A stretch of 64,000 bases of DNA from Felis catus. Lineage: Eukaryota. How positions within the stretch are numbered: the first letter of the stretch is position 1; every line of letters starts with the position of its first letter. The notes beneath the pieces were generated by a model, which saw nothing but the letters and a program-made list of their open reading frames with translations, made no database searches and was not told the DNA's origin. Made by a program: the position numbers and the translations under genes. The stretch covers positions 125,738,001 through 125,802,000 of the forward strand of contig NC_058368.1 of assembly GCF_018350175.1 (NCBI RefSeq), given 5' to 3'. Of the stretch, positions 12,301-23,793 are shown in pieces.

Positions 12301-14435
12301 AAATAAATGATCGAAACAGCTGTTCTCCAGCTAGGCTCTTAAGAAATAGGAAATCTTGTTCTGAATAGCACATTTTATCATTGATTTTTCTTGGTTTACT
12401 TTGGCTCTCTTATGCACTGATTCTAACTGGAGGAAACTCTTAAGATGGTTAAAAGCTTCCTCACAGAATAGCTTAATTTTAGAAGCCATGGAAGAAACTT
12501 AACTATATGGGAGCAAATGTTTTTAGAAATAAGCTACTTGAGCTTTCATTAAGTGAATGTTACATTCAGTGGTGCTCTGGCCAAGGAAGAGTCTGTGCAT
12601 ATCTCCTCGGCTAGCTGTCCTCAAAGTGCTTGGGCACCTGGAGGTGACAAGTATGGGAAGCGGCCCTTTAATTAACTGTTATATAATTTCTGAGTTGTCT
12701 TATGTGGGAGGACACTATCCCAAGTACTTAGATCTCTGCAGAAGAATCAGAAACTGCACATGAAGGGATCACTTTGGTAGTCAAAACATATCTTTCCTTT
12801 GGAAGAACTACCAGCCAAGAGGATGGCAAGCTGGAAGTCCTCATGGGACTATTCTTAGGTGATTTGCCTTTTTAGTTATACCTAAGCTTTAACCTTGTGT
12901 GAAGCTAATTGTCTTCCACAGAGAGAATTTGCTTTGAGCACAGTGCTACATGTTGGCCGTGGAAGTGAACCAGGGGGCTGAACAGCAGCCCGCTGAGAGC
13001 CAGGACGTGTTGAGGCATAGCCCACTGCCGTTGGCCTGTGTTGCTCAAGCCCTGTGACCTGGGAGTTGCCACCAGGGGATCACGGCATTGTTCCTGCTGC
13101 TCCGGTTCCTCTCTGAGGAGAGGAATTCCTACATCAAGACTTTCCCAGGGTCCAGACACTTGCAGGCAGCTGACCCATCAGGAAATAGCCTCTCCCCTCT
13201 GCCTTCCCACATTCCTTCCTGAGCATTCCCCAGCCCAAGGTGTGGCCAGTCCTCAGAAGATCTGCTGGTGTTGACTGACATGTAAACAAAAGCTTCCTCT
13301 AGATAAGAAACATCACAGTGCTATAGGAAATTTATTTGTTCTGGGTGGAGCTTTCTTTCTTTCTCTCTTTCCCCCACCCCCACCCTCAGAAAGTCTACAC
13401 TGCTGACCATGTAGTTTCTTATCATTTTTTTTGGATATGTGGAACAGTCAATCTTCAAACAATGAGTTTTGTTTGCGTAACTTGTTTTTACTGCTAATTC
13501 ACAAGGAAGTAAAATAGTGTCCTAGCGGGTTTATGGTGTTCTTTCTCAGGATTATTAGATTTATTCCTGAGTGCTAAAAAAGAACAAAGGCAAATTTCAT
13601 TTCTGAAATGTATTCTTTAGCTCCTTTAAAAGCTGCTCATACTGTAGAAATAGAGGAGTTCAGGAAAGGATGCCTTTTGTCATTCATTCTGGAGAATACT
13701 TCAGCTTAGATGATATCCCAGGGGAAACTGTACAACACTTGGCAATGTTTTAGCTCAGATAGGTTAAGAGTGACTTCACCTCCTGTCAATGTGGGGCAGA
13801 TAGGGAGGTTTCCTGGGACTCTGCTGTTTTATCTCGGTTATCAATTGTGTGACCATGAGCAAGTCTCTGACATCTCAGTTTTTCTTATTAAAGTGTTGGT
13901 CGCAATCCTCCTTGAGGTCCATTTTGAAGTGAACATCTAGTCTGAGAAATTAAATCTGTTCAGTCACGGGCCACTTGCACCCTGACAGGTGTAGGAGTCC
14001 CTCAGGGCTGTTGGGACAACATACTAAAAACTGGGCAGTTCAAACAAACAAACAAACAAACAAACAAACAAACACAAAAACAAATTCTCACAGTTCTAGA
14101 GACTAGGATCCCCAAATCATGGTGTCAGCAGGCCATGGTCTCTGAGGGCTATAGGGGAGAGTTCTTCCTTGCCTCATTTACCTTCCGGAGTTTTCTGGCA
14201 TTTGCTTGGCTTATATGTGCCTCCTTCCAGTCACATCATGGTTTTTTCCATGTGCGAAATCTTTCCTCTGTATCTGTCCATGTCCAAGCTTCCCCTTTTG
14301 ATAAAAACACCAGTCATATAGGATTAGTGCCTACCACAATGACCTCATTTTAACTTGATTACTTCTGAAGGGGAGCAATTTTGCCACCTGAAGATAGGCT
14401 TCTTTGGCATGTCGAGTATTTGAAGCTGGTTATTT

Positions 14436-14471
14436 CATTTTATTTTTTTGTAATACTTATTTTTGAGAGAC

Positions 14472-14523
<52 letters not shown>

Positions 14524-14684
14524 CAGGGGAGGGGCAGACAGAAAGGGAGACAGAGAATCCCAAGTAGGCTCTGCATTATCAGTACAGAGCCCAACTTGGG
14601 GCTCAAATTCACAAACTGCGACATCATGACCTGAGCCAAAATCAAGAGTCAGATGTTTAACCAAATGAACCACCCAGACGCCCT
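14436..14684 (-). mobile_element. CAN-SINE with expanded (GA)n
   Basis: SINE body, (GA)n about 14476-14520; imperfect TSD aagctggttattt / aagcctggtaattt. Confidence 0.92.
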
Positions 14685-15057
14685 AAGCCTGGTAATTTTT
14701 AAGAACTTGCAGACACAAAAGAAGCACTGAAAACCAAGTAGAAGTTAGTTTTTGGTAGAAGTTTTCATTTATAAGGGAAATCTTCATTTGTTAGTTTGTC
14801 TACTTTCTGTACCAGGAAGAGAGGGAATGACTGAGTCTTTTGAAACTGTTATCAATTAAGAAGGCAAAGCTAAAATATGCATAAAAACCCTTCCCTTGTT
14901 TGCCTGGTTTTCCTGGTAACTTCCCATTACACACTCCCCACCCCCAACATCTTTTGTCTTTAGTGGAAGATGATACCTAAGGTAAAGCTTCAGGCATTTT
15001 GTAGTTGTTCGGTTTTCCTGGGTCTTTCCCAGGTATACAGGAGGTATACATGTTATT

Positions 15058-15879
15058 TTGTTTCCAAATTTTTATTTAAATTCTTGTTAGTTAACATATA
15101 GTGCAATATTGGTTTCAGGAGTAGAATTTAGTGATTGATCACTTACCTATCACACCCAGTGCTCATCATAACAAGTGCCTTCCTTACTACCCATCACCCA
15201 CTAGCCCATTCCCCACCAACTTCCCTCCATCAAACCTCAGTTTGTTCTCTGTATTTAAGAGTCTTAAGGTTTGTTTCTCTCTTTGTCTCTTCTTTTCTTT
15301 TCTTTTCTTTTCTTTTCTTTTCTTTTCTTTTCTTTTCTTTTCTTTTCTTTTCTTTTCTTTCTTTTTTTCAGGAGAGAAAGGGAGAGTGCACATGGAGGGG
15401 AGGGACAAAAGGAGAGGGAGGGAGAATCTTAAGCAGGCTCCACATCCAGCACAGAGCCCAACGACTTGGGGCTCCATCTCCTGACCATGAGATCATGACC
15501 TGAGCTGAAATCAAGAATCAGACACTTAACCAACTGAGCCAGCCAGGCACCACTTCCTCTCTCTTTCTTTTACTTTTTCCTCCTCCCGTATGTTGATCTG
15601 TTTTTTGTCTTAAATTCCACATATGAGTGAAATCATAGTATTTGTCTCTCTGACTGACTTATTTTGTTTTGCATAATACATTCTAGTTCCATCCATGTCA
15701 TGTCAAATGGCAAGATTTCATTCTTTTTGGTGGCTGAGTAATAGTCCATTGTTTATATTTATACCACATCTTCTTTATCCACTTAGTCACTAGATATTTG
15801 GGCTTTCTCCATAGTTTAGCTATTGTAGATAATGCTGCTATAAACATCAGGGTGCAGAATCTGTGTTTTTATAAACTTT
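15058..15879 (-). mobile_element. 5'-truncated carnivore L1 (older subfamily) 3' end
   Basis: Reverse-complement L1 3' UTR and ORF2 end; TSD gaggtatacatgttatt (15041-15057) / gaggtaatacatgttatt (15880-15897). Confidence 0.88.
15290..15552 (-). mobile_element. CAN-SINE with (TTTTC)n tail, inside the L1
   Basis: SINE body 15366-15552; tail converted to a pentanucleotide microsatellite at about 15290-15365. Confidence 0.88.
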
Positions 15880-16149
15880 GAGGTAATACATGTTATTAAA
15901 TTGTTTTTCTCCTCTTAATCTGTCTTATGTCAATTTAATTATTAGACCAGCCGAAGACCCCACAAGGTAAGAAGGAAAGACTTCTCTGTTCCTATACTTC
16001 TTTAAAGATCCTACTTCCTAATAAGGACACATTCTGAGGTCCTGGGGGATTCAGACTTCAACATATCTTTTGGGGGACACAATTCAACCCACAGTAGCAA
16101 GTAATTGGAAAATCTCTGTATTGCTTATTTTCTCTTTGACCTCTGTGTT

Positions 16150-16550
16150 AGGTTTCCATGTCGGTCTATGTGCTGAGAGGCCTACATGGATCACACCAAG
16201 GGCCCCCTTTGTTCTCTGGCTTTCAGTTGGCATGGCCAGTGCCAAGGTGTGAGACTGTGGAGTAGGGTTGAGTATTTTTTCCTTGAGTATAGGGGGTGTC
16301 ACCATATTTGGCTGTGTCCTGTAGGGACACCATATTTACACAGATTTCTTTGCTTCTAAGGACCCTTAAGATCTTCTTCAAGTGTTCAGGCTTAATAATT
16401 CTTCAGTAATTCTCCCCATGCCTTCCCCTAACCTGTCACTCAAATTAGTTTCCCTACCCATACTTTAACAATATTCTCTTTATTAAACTGTTTTTATATT
16501 ATTCACTTTGAGGGGGGCGTCTGTTTTCTGCAAGGATCCTAATTCTGCTG
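16150..16550 (+). mobile_element. LTR33-like ERVL LTR
   Basis: Motifs ttgttctctggctttcagttggcatggcca and tctttattaaactg...tttgag...tctgttttctgcaaggatcct resemble the LTR33 consensus as recalled. Confidence 0.55.
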
Positions 16551-17025
16551 TAGAGTGATTCTTAGACTACTCTGTGAGGAAAATAGTATTACCCCTTTAA
16601 CCACTGGAGGAAACTGAGTTTTGAGTGGTTTAGTGAATCTCTTTGCTTAACTCAGCTACCCATGTTTTCACATTCCATTATTTGCTTTTAAAAAATGTTA
16701 TATTTATTTTTACTGTGATATTCATCATCCCTGGAAAATGAACATCTGTATCATGTGGTCAGGGACTTGTCCTTTTCTCTCTTCCCTTCCCCAGGCCAGT
16801 CCTTAGCACTCAGCATACTGAGTACATAACTTATTCCTTCCTTAATTGATTGCATGGCTAGTCATAAACTCATTTATTTCTCTGTGTCTGATATTTCCAG
16901 GGTTTCTTACAAGCCCTCAATATCATCTTCTTTGCTTGAATTCTGTCTTTTCTTCCTAATAACCTGCCTTTAATGTGTTTCAGGCCCCTCTATCTACCCT
17001 GGGCTCTCCCACGGCTGTTACTCTT

Positions 17026-17083
17026 ATGTATGTATGTATGTATGTATGTATGTATGTATGTATGTATATATGTATGTATGTAT
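17026..17083. repeat. (TATG)n microsatellite
   Basis: Tetranucleotide run with one interruption. Confidence 0.93.
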
Positions 17084-19854
17084 TTGGACCTGTGGTAAAA
17101 TCTACACATATATCAGTGTGCTAACAATATCTACTGAAAGCCCATTATACCCTGGCTTAGTTGAACTACACAGTGGTCATGAAAATGGACACCCAGATTT
17201 AAGGGTATTACACCAACCATATGAAACGTCTCTTAAAACGTACAAGGGAGTTGGCCACATTACTAGGAAACAAGCACAATATTTGTGGCTTAAGTTTCTA
17301 GTTGAAAGTTAGAGAATTCTGGGTTGGTTTGCATTAGAATTCTTGTTACCCTTTTTAAGGGGGAAAAACTCATTAAAAAGTAGAAAGGTTTTCTTGGATA
17401 TCAAGTAGCTTTTTCCAAATCACATTTGGCCTACTAAAGTGTGAAGGGAAAAGAAATGCTTGAATTCTGATTTCCTTAATGCCCACTTGGGTTTAAGTAA
17501 GAAATGGAAAACACCCTGCTAAATGCCTTTTGAATTATTCTAGAACTCAAATATTTGGAAAGGCACTTAAGATATTTGAGAATGCCCAAGTTGATTTCAG
17601 TTTTACTCTGGACATTTTCTAAGTACATCATTACCATCGAAATTTTCTTGTTGGAAGCACAATAGCCCTAAGGTTTTTTTGTTTGTTTTTGTTTTCTAAA
17701 GATGTGTAAAGTGATATAAAAGGGAGGGGGGAACCTGCTCAATGGGCTGTATAGGAAGCAGACTTCTCTATTTGTGTGTCTTGTGTTGCATTCCTGCTTA
17801 AGCACTTAGCTTGCCTCCCTGTTGTCCACTGAATCGAGTCAAAGCCTCCCTCTCTGGAGTTCACAGATGTCCACAGTAGTATCCAGCCTGGTTTCCTGCT
17901 GTTGCATGAAGAATGGTGTCAGAAAAAAATTCAAAATTAGGTAGGTGCTGAGCAAGGCCATCCTGGGAGGGGTCAGATTTGAATTTGATGAGTTCTCTGA
18001 GGTGGGAAGAGGTGCTTGCAGTACAGTTCCTGGGGGTGCCGAGTCCCCCATAGAAGTTATTAAAGCAGGGATAGAGGTTTAGCTTCCTGATCCCAGTAAA
18101 AATGTGGGGGTTTGGTTGCAGGAGTATCAGAGAGACCTTGATATTTATGCAAGGGCACAAAGGCCAAGAGCAACTAGGGGTGAGGCTGGAAATGCCATTT
18201 TTGGAGCTGCTGCACAAGTGAGACAGGGGCAGTTCTAAAAGCTTAAACATCCTGCTGCTGAAGGCAAGCATCACAAGACTCCAGTGCTGGAAATCGGAAG
18301 GAGGGAGTCAAGATCCTTCTCTCCTGTGAAATGGCACTTATTTTAAGCCTCATCTGTGTTCTCTGGGCTGTAGACATGCCTGGGCATAACTGACAGATTG
18401 GAAGGAAGAGCCAGAAGGAGTGTGTTTGCATAAAAGACCAAGATGATAGCTGGTGCACGTGGCTTTCTCCCACAGCAATAGAATGGGTGAATATGAATAC
18501 AATATGGGCTGTCACTCTAACTGTCATTAGCTCTCCTTCCACAGATTTATGTCTGAGTCTTAGGTTCAGAGGAGGCTGCAAATAAAAATGGGAGCAGTTG
18601 CTCTTATGTACAATTTAAGAACAAAAATCAGCACTGTTTTGAGACCAATGCACAGAATAATATGAAATTGAGAGAGATTTTCCTGACTCCATTATGAGAC
18701 ACATGGAAGCTTTGCTGTGCTGAGGGGCTTTTAGAGGGGATACTGCCATTGTCTTATTGACGACTAGACTTTGTGCTTTGATAACACATCAGAGATTTAA
18801 TCTGGCAAAGAGATAAGTAAAACCCACTTCATGTAAAATTGCAATAACTAATGACATGCATCACTGCATCTTCCACCAAGATACTCATTTTATTTTTTCT
18901 CCTTATTTAAAAAATCGTGGAGAATTTTCATTGGGTGCTTTATAACATATTGCATAGGTACATTTGTTTAATTTTTATTTCCTTAAAGTATTATGTTTGT
19001 AAGAACAACCTATTGCCTTAAAAAAATTGTAACATATTGTTTTTTACATAATTAATGCTAAGCTTGTCAATCTCCTTTCATTAAGCACAAAACCCACGGA
19101 CAGATATTGTCTTCATGGCACTTCTTTTGATGCAACAGAGTAGGCATCCACTCTCCTTATATGTTTGCTATGGGCAGCAGAAGTGATACTATTATGGATG
19201 ATTATTTTATTTATCATAATTATAAAATTTATTGAAAAAATATTTTTGTACGCCTCTAAGGAAGGCAAAAAGATGATTCACTGTTTTAGAATTTGACATT
19301 TTTTTTTTCTTCCCCTGACTGGTTACAATAGCAAGGGAAGATTCTGATAGAGTCCAAAGAATGGAACCAAAGGCCTAGAATTAAAAAAAAAAAAAAAAAG
19401 AAAAAGAAATAGGAAAAAACAAAGTACAATTGATTGATGTACTTAACTGTCAACTGTACTGATTCCCATAGTCATTGGTTTGGGCTACCCTGCCACGTAA
19501 CCCTAGCATATATACCCAAGAGCCACAATAAAATAGTCTGTTTCATAGAAATAGTTTCTATCCAATATAGGATCTTAAGAATTAGAGAAACCTGAGATGT
19601 TCTTTTTCTTCTCAATGTTATGTTAATGTTAAGGGAGGATCCCCAGCCCGATATCCAGACTAATTCCCTGTCCAAAGGTCTGAACTTCTTTTGAAACTAG
19701 ATAAACATTTATGTGAAATCAAAGGACTTGACTTTTGCTTTGAGACTCCTAAGAGAATGGAATCAGGAGAATGAGATGAAAAGAAAAATATCGTCAAGTA
19801 TCAGTGAGAGTCTTTGAGTAATGGAGTCTGAGAGCTGGGAGGATGCTTGAAATA

Positions 19855-19955
19855 AGGTGATCAAATATCTAGTTTGCCCAGGAATGAGGAGTTTCCTGTG
19901 ATGCAGGACTTTGAGCGCTAAAACCTTTCATGATAAGGGGAGCCCATGATCACCT
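19855..19955. mobile_element. MER81-like hAT MITE
   Basis: Terminal inverted repeats aggtgatca / tgatcacct; internal gtttgcccagga...ggagtttcctg...gactttgagcgctaaaacc. Confidence 0.7.
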
Positions 19956-20291
19956 GTTGTTGAGCACATCCTGCCCAACTTCTTCACTATATACATGAAA
20001 AAGTAAGGCCCAGTTAGGTGAGATGACTGGCCCAGTGGCAGAATCAAGATGACAGTCCAAATCTGGTGTTTTTCTCCCTATCCTGTGTCATGTCATTAAA
20101 AACTGAGAGAAAGAATAGATAGGCTATGTGAGATATGAGTGACCACAGGACACAGATGCCTTTACTCAGGGAGGTACTGCTGCAAGGCATCCTGGGAATT
20201 CAGATTTGGATAGTCACTGCCAAGACAGGGTTGAGGGCCAGCTGTAGGCAGACTTTCCGTGGTGTTCCTTACACTGTTCAGCGAATAGCAT

Positions 20292-20655
20292 TACATTAGT
20301 TTCCTAAGGCTGCCATAATAAATTACCACAAACTTGCTGGCTTAGAAAGCGAAAACCAGTTTTCCCAAAGTCCCTGAGGCTGGAAGTATAAAATCATTGT
20401 AACAGCAGGGCCATGTTCCCTCCAAAGGCTCTGTGGGAGAATCTTTCCTTGTCTCTTTCAACTTCTGGTCGCTACAGACATTTCTTGGCTTGGGGCTGTG
20501 TATGTCCAATCTCTGCTTCTATTTTCACGTCTTCTCTTTTCCCTTTCTCTTACAAGGACTCTTGTCACTGGATTTCAGACTTACCCTGGATCTCAGTTCT
20601 ACTAGATGAGATTGAGTCATCTTAGACGAGATCTTTACCTTAATGATAAGTGCAA
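20292..20655 (-). mobile_element. MLT1-like MaLR LTR fragment
   Basis: cattagtttcctaaggctgccataataaattaccacaaact; gggccatgttccctccaaaggctct. Confidence 0.78.
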
Positions 20656-21210
20656 GGAGTGTGATCAATCTTAGTGAATGTTTCATAGGCACTAGAAGGG
20701 GATGTGTATTCTACTGTTGTATTAAAAATCCTCTATAAATGCCAATTAAGTTCAATTAGATGATGGTATAGTTCAGATTTTCTATGTCTATATTGATTTT
20801 TTACTTGTTCTGTTAATTACTGAGAGAGGGGTATTCTAGTCTCCAGTTATGACTCTACATATTTTTTTTTTGTTTCACTCTTTTAGTTCTTAGAGTAGGT
20901 TTCTCTTCTCAGTGTCATGGATTAGCTGTTTCATGTGTTGGGAACCTCTACCATTTGCTGTATGTACATTTAGATTATTATGTCTTCTTGAAAATTTGAT
21001 CCTGTTAGCAATTATGAACTGTTCTTCTTTATGCCTGGAAGTTTGTCTTGTTCTGAAGATTACTTTTTCTGATATTAATATAGTTATTCCAGCTTTTTTA
21101 TATTGATGAATTTATGGTATATTTGTTTCTCATTTTTTGACTTTTAAACAATTTCTCGTTTTGCATCTAAAATAGGTTTCTCCAAGACAATATCTAGTTT
21201 GGATCTTCCT

Positions 21211-21425
21211 TTTATTTTTCAATGTTTATTTATTTATTTTTGAGAAAAAGAGAAAGAGAGTGCATGCTCGAGTGGGGGAGAGGCAGGTAAGAGGGAGAGA
21301 GAAAATCCCAAGCAGTTGTTGTCAGTGTGCAGCCCAATGTGGGGTCAATCTCACAATGGTTAGATCATGACCTGAGCTGAAATCAAGAGTTGGACACTTA
21401 ACTACCTGAGCCACCCAGGTGCCCT
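21211..21425 (-). mobile_element. CAN-SINE
   Basis: agatcatgacctgagctgaaatcaagag...gagccacccaggtgccc. Confidence 0.9.
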
Positions 21426-21525
21426 AGGAGCTTGATTTTTTAACCCAATTTGACAGTCTTTGTTATTTAATTGGGCCATTTGGCTTTTATTAATTAAAGC
21501 AGTTATTGATAGGATTTGGTTTGTA

Positions 21526-21846
21526 TGGTTGATTTTGAACAATACTGGCTTGAATTGCACCCTGTGTACTTATAAGTGGATTTTTTATAGTTCAGTACTA
21601 CAAATGTATTTTCATTTCCTTTTGATTTTTTAAATAATGTTTTCTTTAGCTTAATTGCAAGGATATAATATCTAATTTATATAACATATAAAATATATGT
21701 TAATCAACTATATTATTGGTAAGGCTAGTGCCCAATAGTGGGCTATCTATAGTTAAGTTTACGGGGAGTTAAAAGTTAAAGGAGGATTTTTGAGTACATG
21801 GAGCAGGGTCAGCATCCCAACCCCTCTGTTGTTCATGGATCAAGTG
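21526..21846. mobile_element. Tigger2a-like Tc1/mariner non-autonomous element
   Basis: Degenerate TIRs (tggttgattttgaacaa ... ttgttcatggatcaagtg), left flank TA, internal tagttaagttt...gggagttaaaagtt. Confidence 0.75.
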
Positions 21847-22447
21847 TGTATACCATCTTACTGTTTGTTTTCTATGTGTTCCATCTGTTCTTTGTGTTTT
21901 TTTTTCTTTTTGCTTAAAGAAATTTATTTAAGATTCCTTAGAATTTGTTTACAAATTTTCTTAGATTCAGTTAGTCTGAGAAAGTTTTTACTTGGCTTTT
22001 AATTTGAAAGATATTTCCACTAGATAAAGAGTTGCATGTTGGCAATTAATTTCTGCCGCCTGTGTAAAGATCTATTCCGTTGTCTTTGTATTTACGTAGT
22101 TTTGGGTAATGAATCTATACTAAATTTTATCTTTGTTTCTCTGATGAATGCACATTTTTTTCTTTGAATAATTAACATTTTTTTTCTGTCTCCTGTATTT
22201 TAGCAATATTAAAAAGTGCATAGGGGTGTGTGTGTACATTTGCGTGTGCATGTATGTACACATACATAGGTGTGTTTATCCTATTTGGGTTTTATGGAGC
22301 TCTTGTATCTATAGGTTTATAGTTGTCGTCAAGTGTGAACATTTGGTCATCATTCCTTCAAATATTTTTACTCATTCTACCTGTTCTGACCACACTCCCC
22401 TGCCACCATTTTTCTCCTGGAACTCTAGCCCCTATAATTGCTGCTTT

Positions 22448-22669
22448 TTTTTAAATTTTTTTTTAAAGTTTATTTATTTTTGACAGAGACAGAGTGCGAG
22501 CACGAGCTGGGGAAGGGCAGAGAGAGAGAGGGAGGCACAAAATCCGAAGCAGGCTCTAGGCTCCGAGCTGTCAGCACAGAGCCTGACACGGGGCTCAAAC
22601 TCATGAACCGTGAGATCATGACCTGGGCCGAAGTCAGATGCTTAACCGACTGAGCCACCCAGGCGCCCC
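22448..22669 (-). mobile_element. CAN-SINE (SINEC_Fc-like)
   Basis: TSD tataattgctgcttt at 22433-22447 and 22670-22684. Confidence 0.95.
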
Positions 22670-23307
22670 TATAATTGCTGCTTTAATGTCCTTGCCCATT
22701 AATTTTATCATCTCTGTAATTTTTGGGTTTCTTTGTTTTGTTTTATTTTTCTCCCACTTATAAACAACATTTTCCCACTCCTTTGTATTCTAGCATTTTT
22801 TTTTTTTTGGCATTTTTTAATTGTGAATTTTACATTGCTGATAGCTTACTTTTGTTATTTACCTTTTAAAAGTATTAAACTTTTTTTTTTTATGAAAAGC
22901 CAAGTTAGTTACAGATTAGTTTGTTTTTTGTTTTTTGGGTTTTTTTTTTTTGTTTTTTGCAAATTATTTGTAAGCTCTCTGAGAGTTGGGCTACAGTGGC
23001 TTTATTCTAGAGCAGATTCATCCCTACTTTTAAGGTATAGACATTTGTGTGTCTACTGACTTTTATGTTCATTCAATGAGGTCTCTCTACTTTGGATGGA
23101 GCAGAGCTAAACGATTTCTACTACTATGTCACCACAAAGAATTCTGCTGTATTTCTCCTAGTATTTGTCCTTTTCTCAGAAATTGATTTTGTTCACAACA
23201 TGTAATAATTGATATTCGACCAAAGAGTCAAGAGAATTCCTATTCAGACATTTGAGCCTCTCTCTCTCTCTGTGTTGATTTCTGCTGTTAGGAATTGTCT
23301 CACCCTT

Positions 23308-23525
23308 GGGGCACCTGGGTGTCTCAGTGGTTAAACATCCGACTTCGGCTCAGATCATGATCTCAGGGTTCATAAGTTGGAGCCCTGCACTGGGCTGTGT
23401 GCTGACAGCTCAGAGCCTAGAACCTGCTTTGGATTCTGTGTCTCCTCTCTCCTTCTCCCACTCATGGTCTGTCTGTCTGTCTCTCTCTCAAAAATAAGTA
23501 AATATTAAAAAAAAAATTTAAAAAA
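23308..23525 (+). mobile_element. CAN-SINE
   Basis: ggggcacctgggtgtctcagtggttaa head, CT body, A tail. Confidence 0.92.
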
Positions 23526-23793
23526 GTCTCCTACCAATTCTAGAAACATCATCTTCCCTGAACTCAGATATTCATCTCAATTCAGTAAGACCACTAGCTT
23601 TGTTTAGATTCTCTCTCCCAGTGTTGTAGTCTGGAAATTGCCTCCAGGCAGGTGATGATAGAGTTCATCTCATTTTTTCCTTCTTATATCAGGTATCAAA
23701 GTCCTGGGCTGTTTCCAGTGTCTAAAAATATTTTTTGCATAGTTAATATTTATCATGAGAAGGTATTCCAGCCACTATTACTTGTCTATAGTC

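Larger units (their letters stand above)
14366..15996 (+). mobile_element. MER34-like ERV1 solo LTR (interrupted)
   Basis: Starts tgaaggggag...gccacctgaagataggcttctttggcat, ends ttcctata; 4-bp TSD cttc at 14362-14365 and 15997-16000. Confidence 0.72.
13990..16092 (-). mobile_element. MLT1-like MaLR LTR split by nested insertions (pieces 13990-14365 and 15997-16092)
   Basis: Left part ends gacctcattttaacttgattacttc; right part resumes tttaaagatcctacttcctaataaggacacattctgaggt...gggacacaattcaacccaca; contains a (CAAA)n expansion at 14041-14073. Confidence 0.82.
20660..23790 (-). mobile_element. Ancient L1M (5' portion), fragmented and interrupted
   Basis: T-rich, degenerate antisense L1 motifs (gatgtgtattctactgttg, atagttattccagctttttta); interrupted by three SINEs and a Tigger. 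Confidence 0.65.

Noticed and set aside
13067..13085. CTCF-like gccaccaggggatcac
   Set aside because: Lacks the near-invariant GGC 3' half of the core.
15131..15503. Low-complexity ORFs (FFSFL / KKRKE repeats)
   Set aside because: Translations of the (TTTTC)n SINE tail.
17861..18274. 137-aa minus-strand ORF
   Set aside because: No recognisable homology and no supporting gene structure; the length is compatible with chance.
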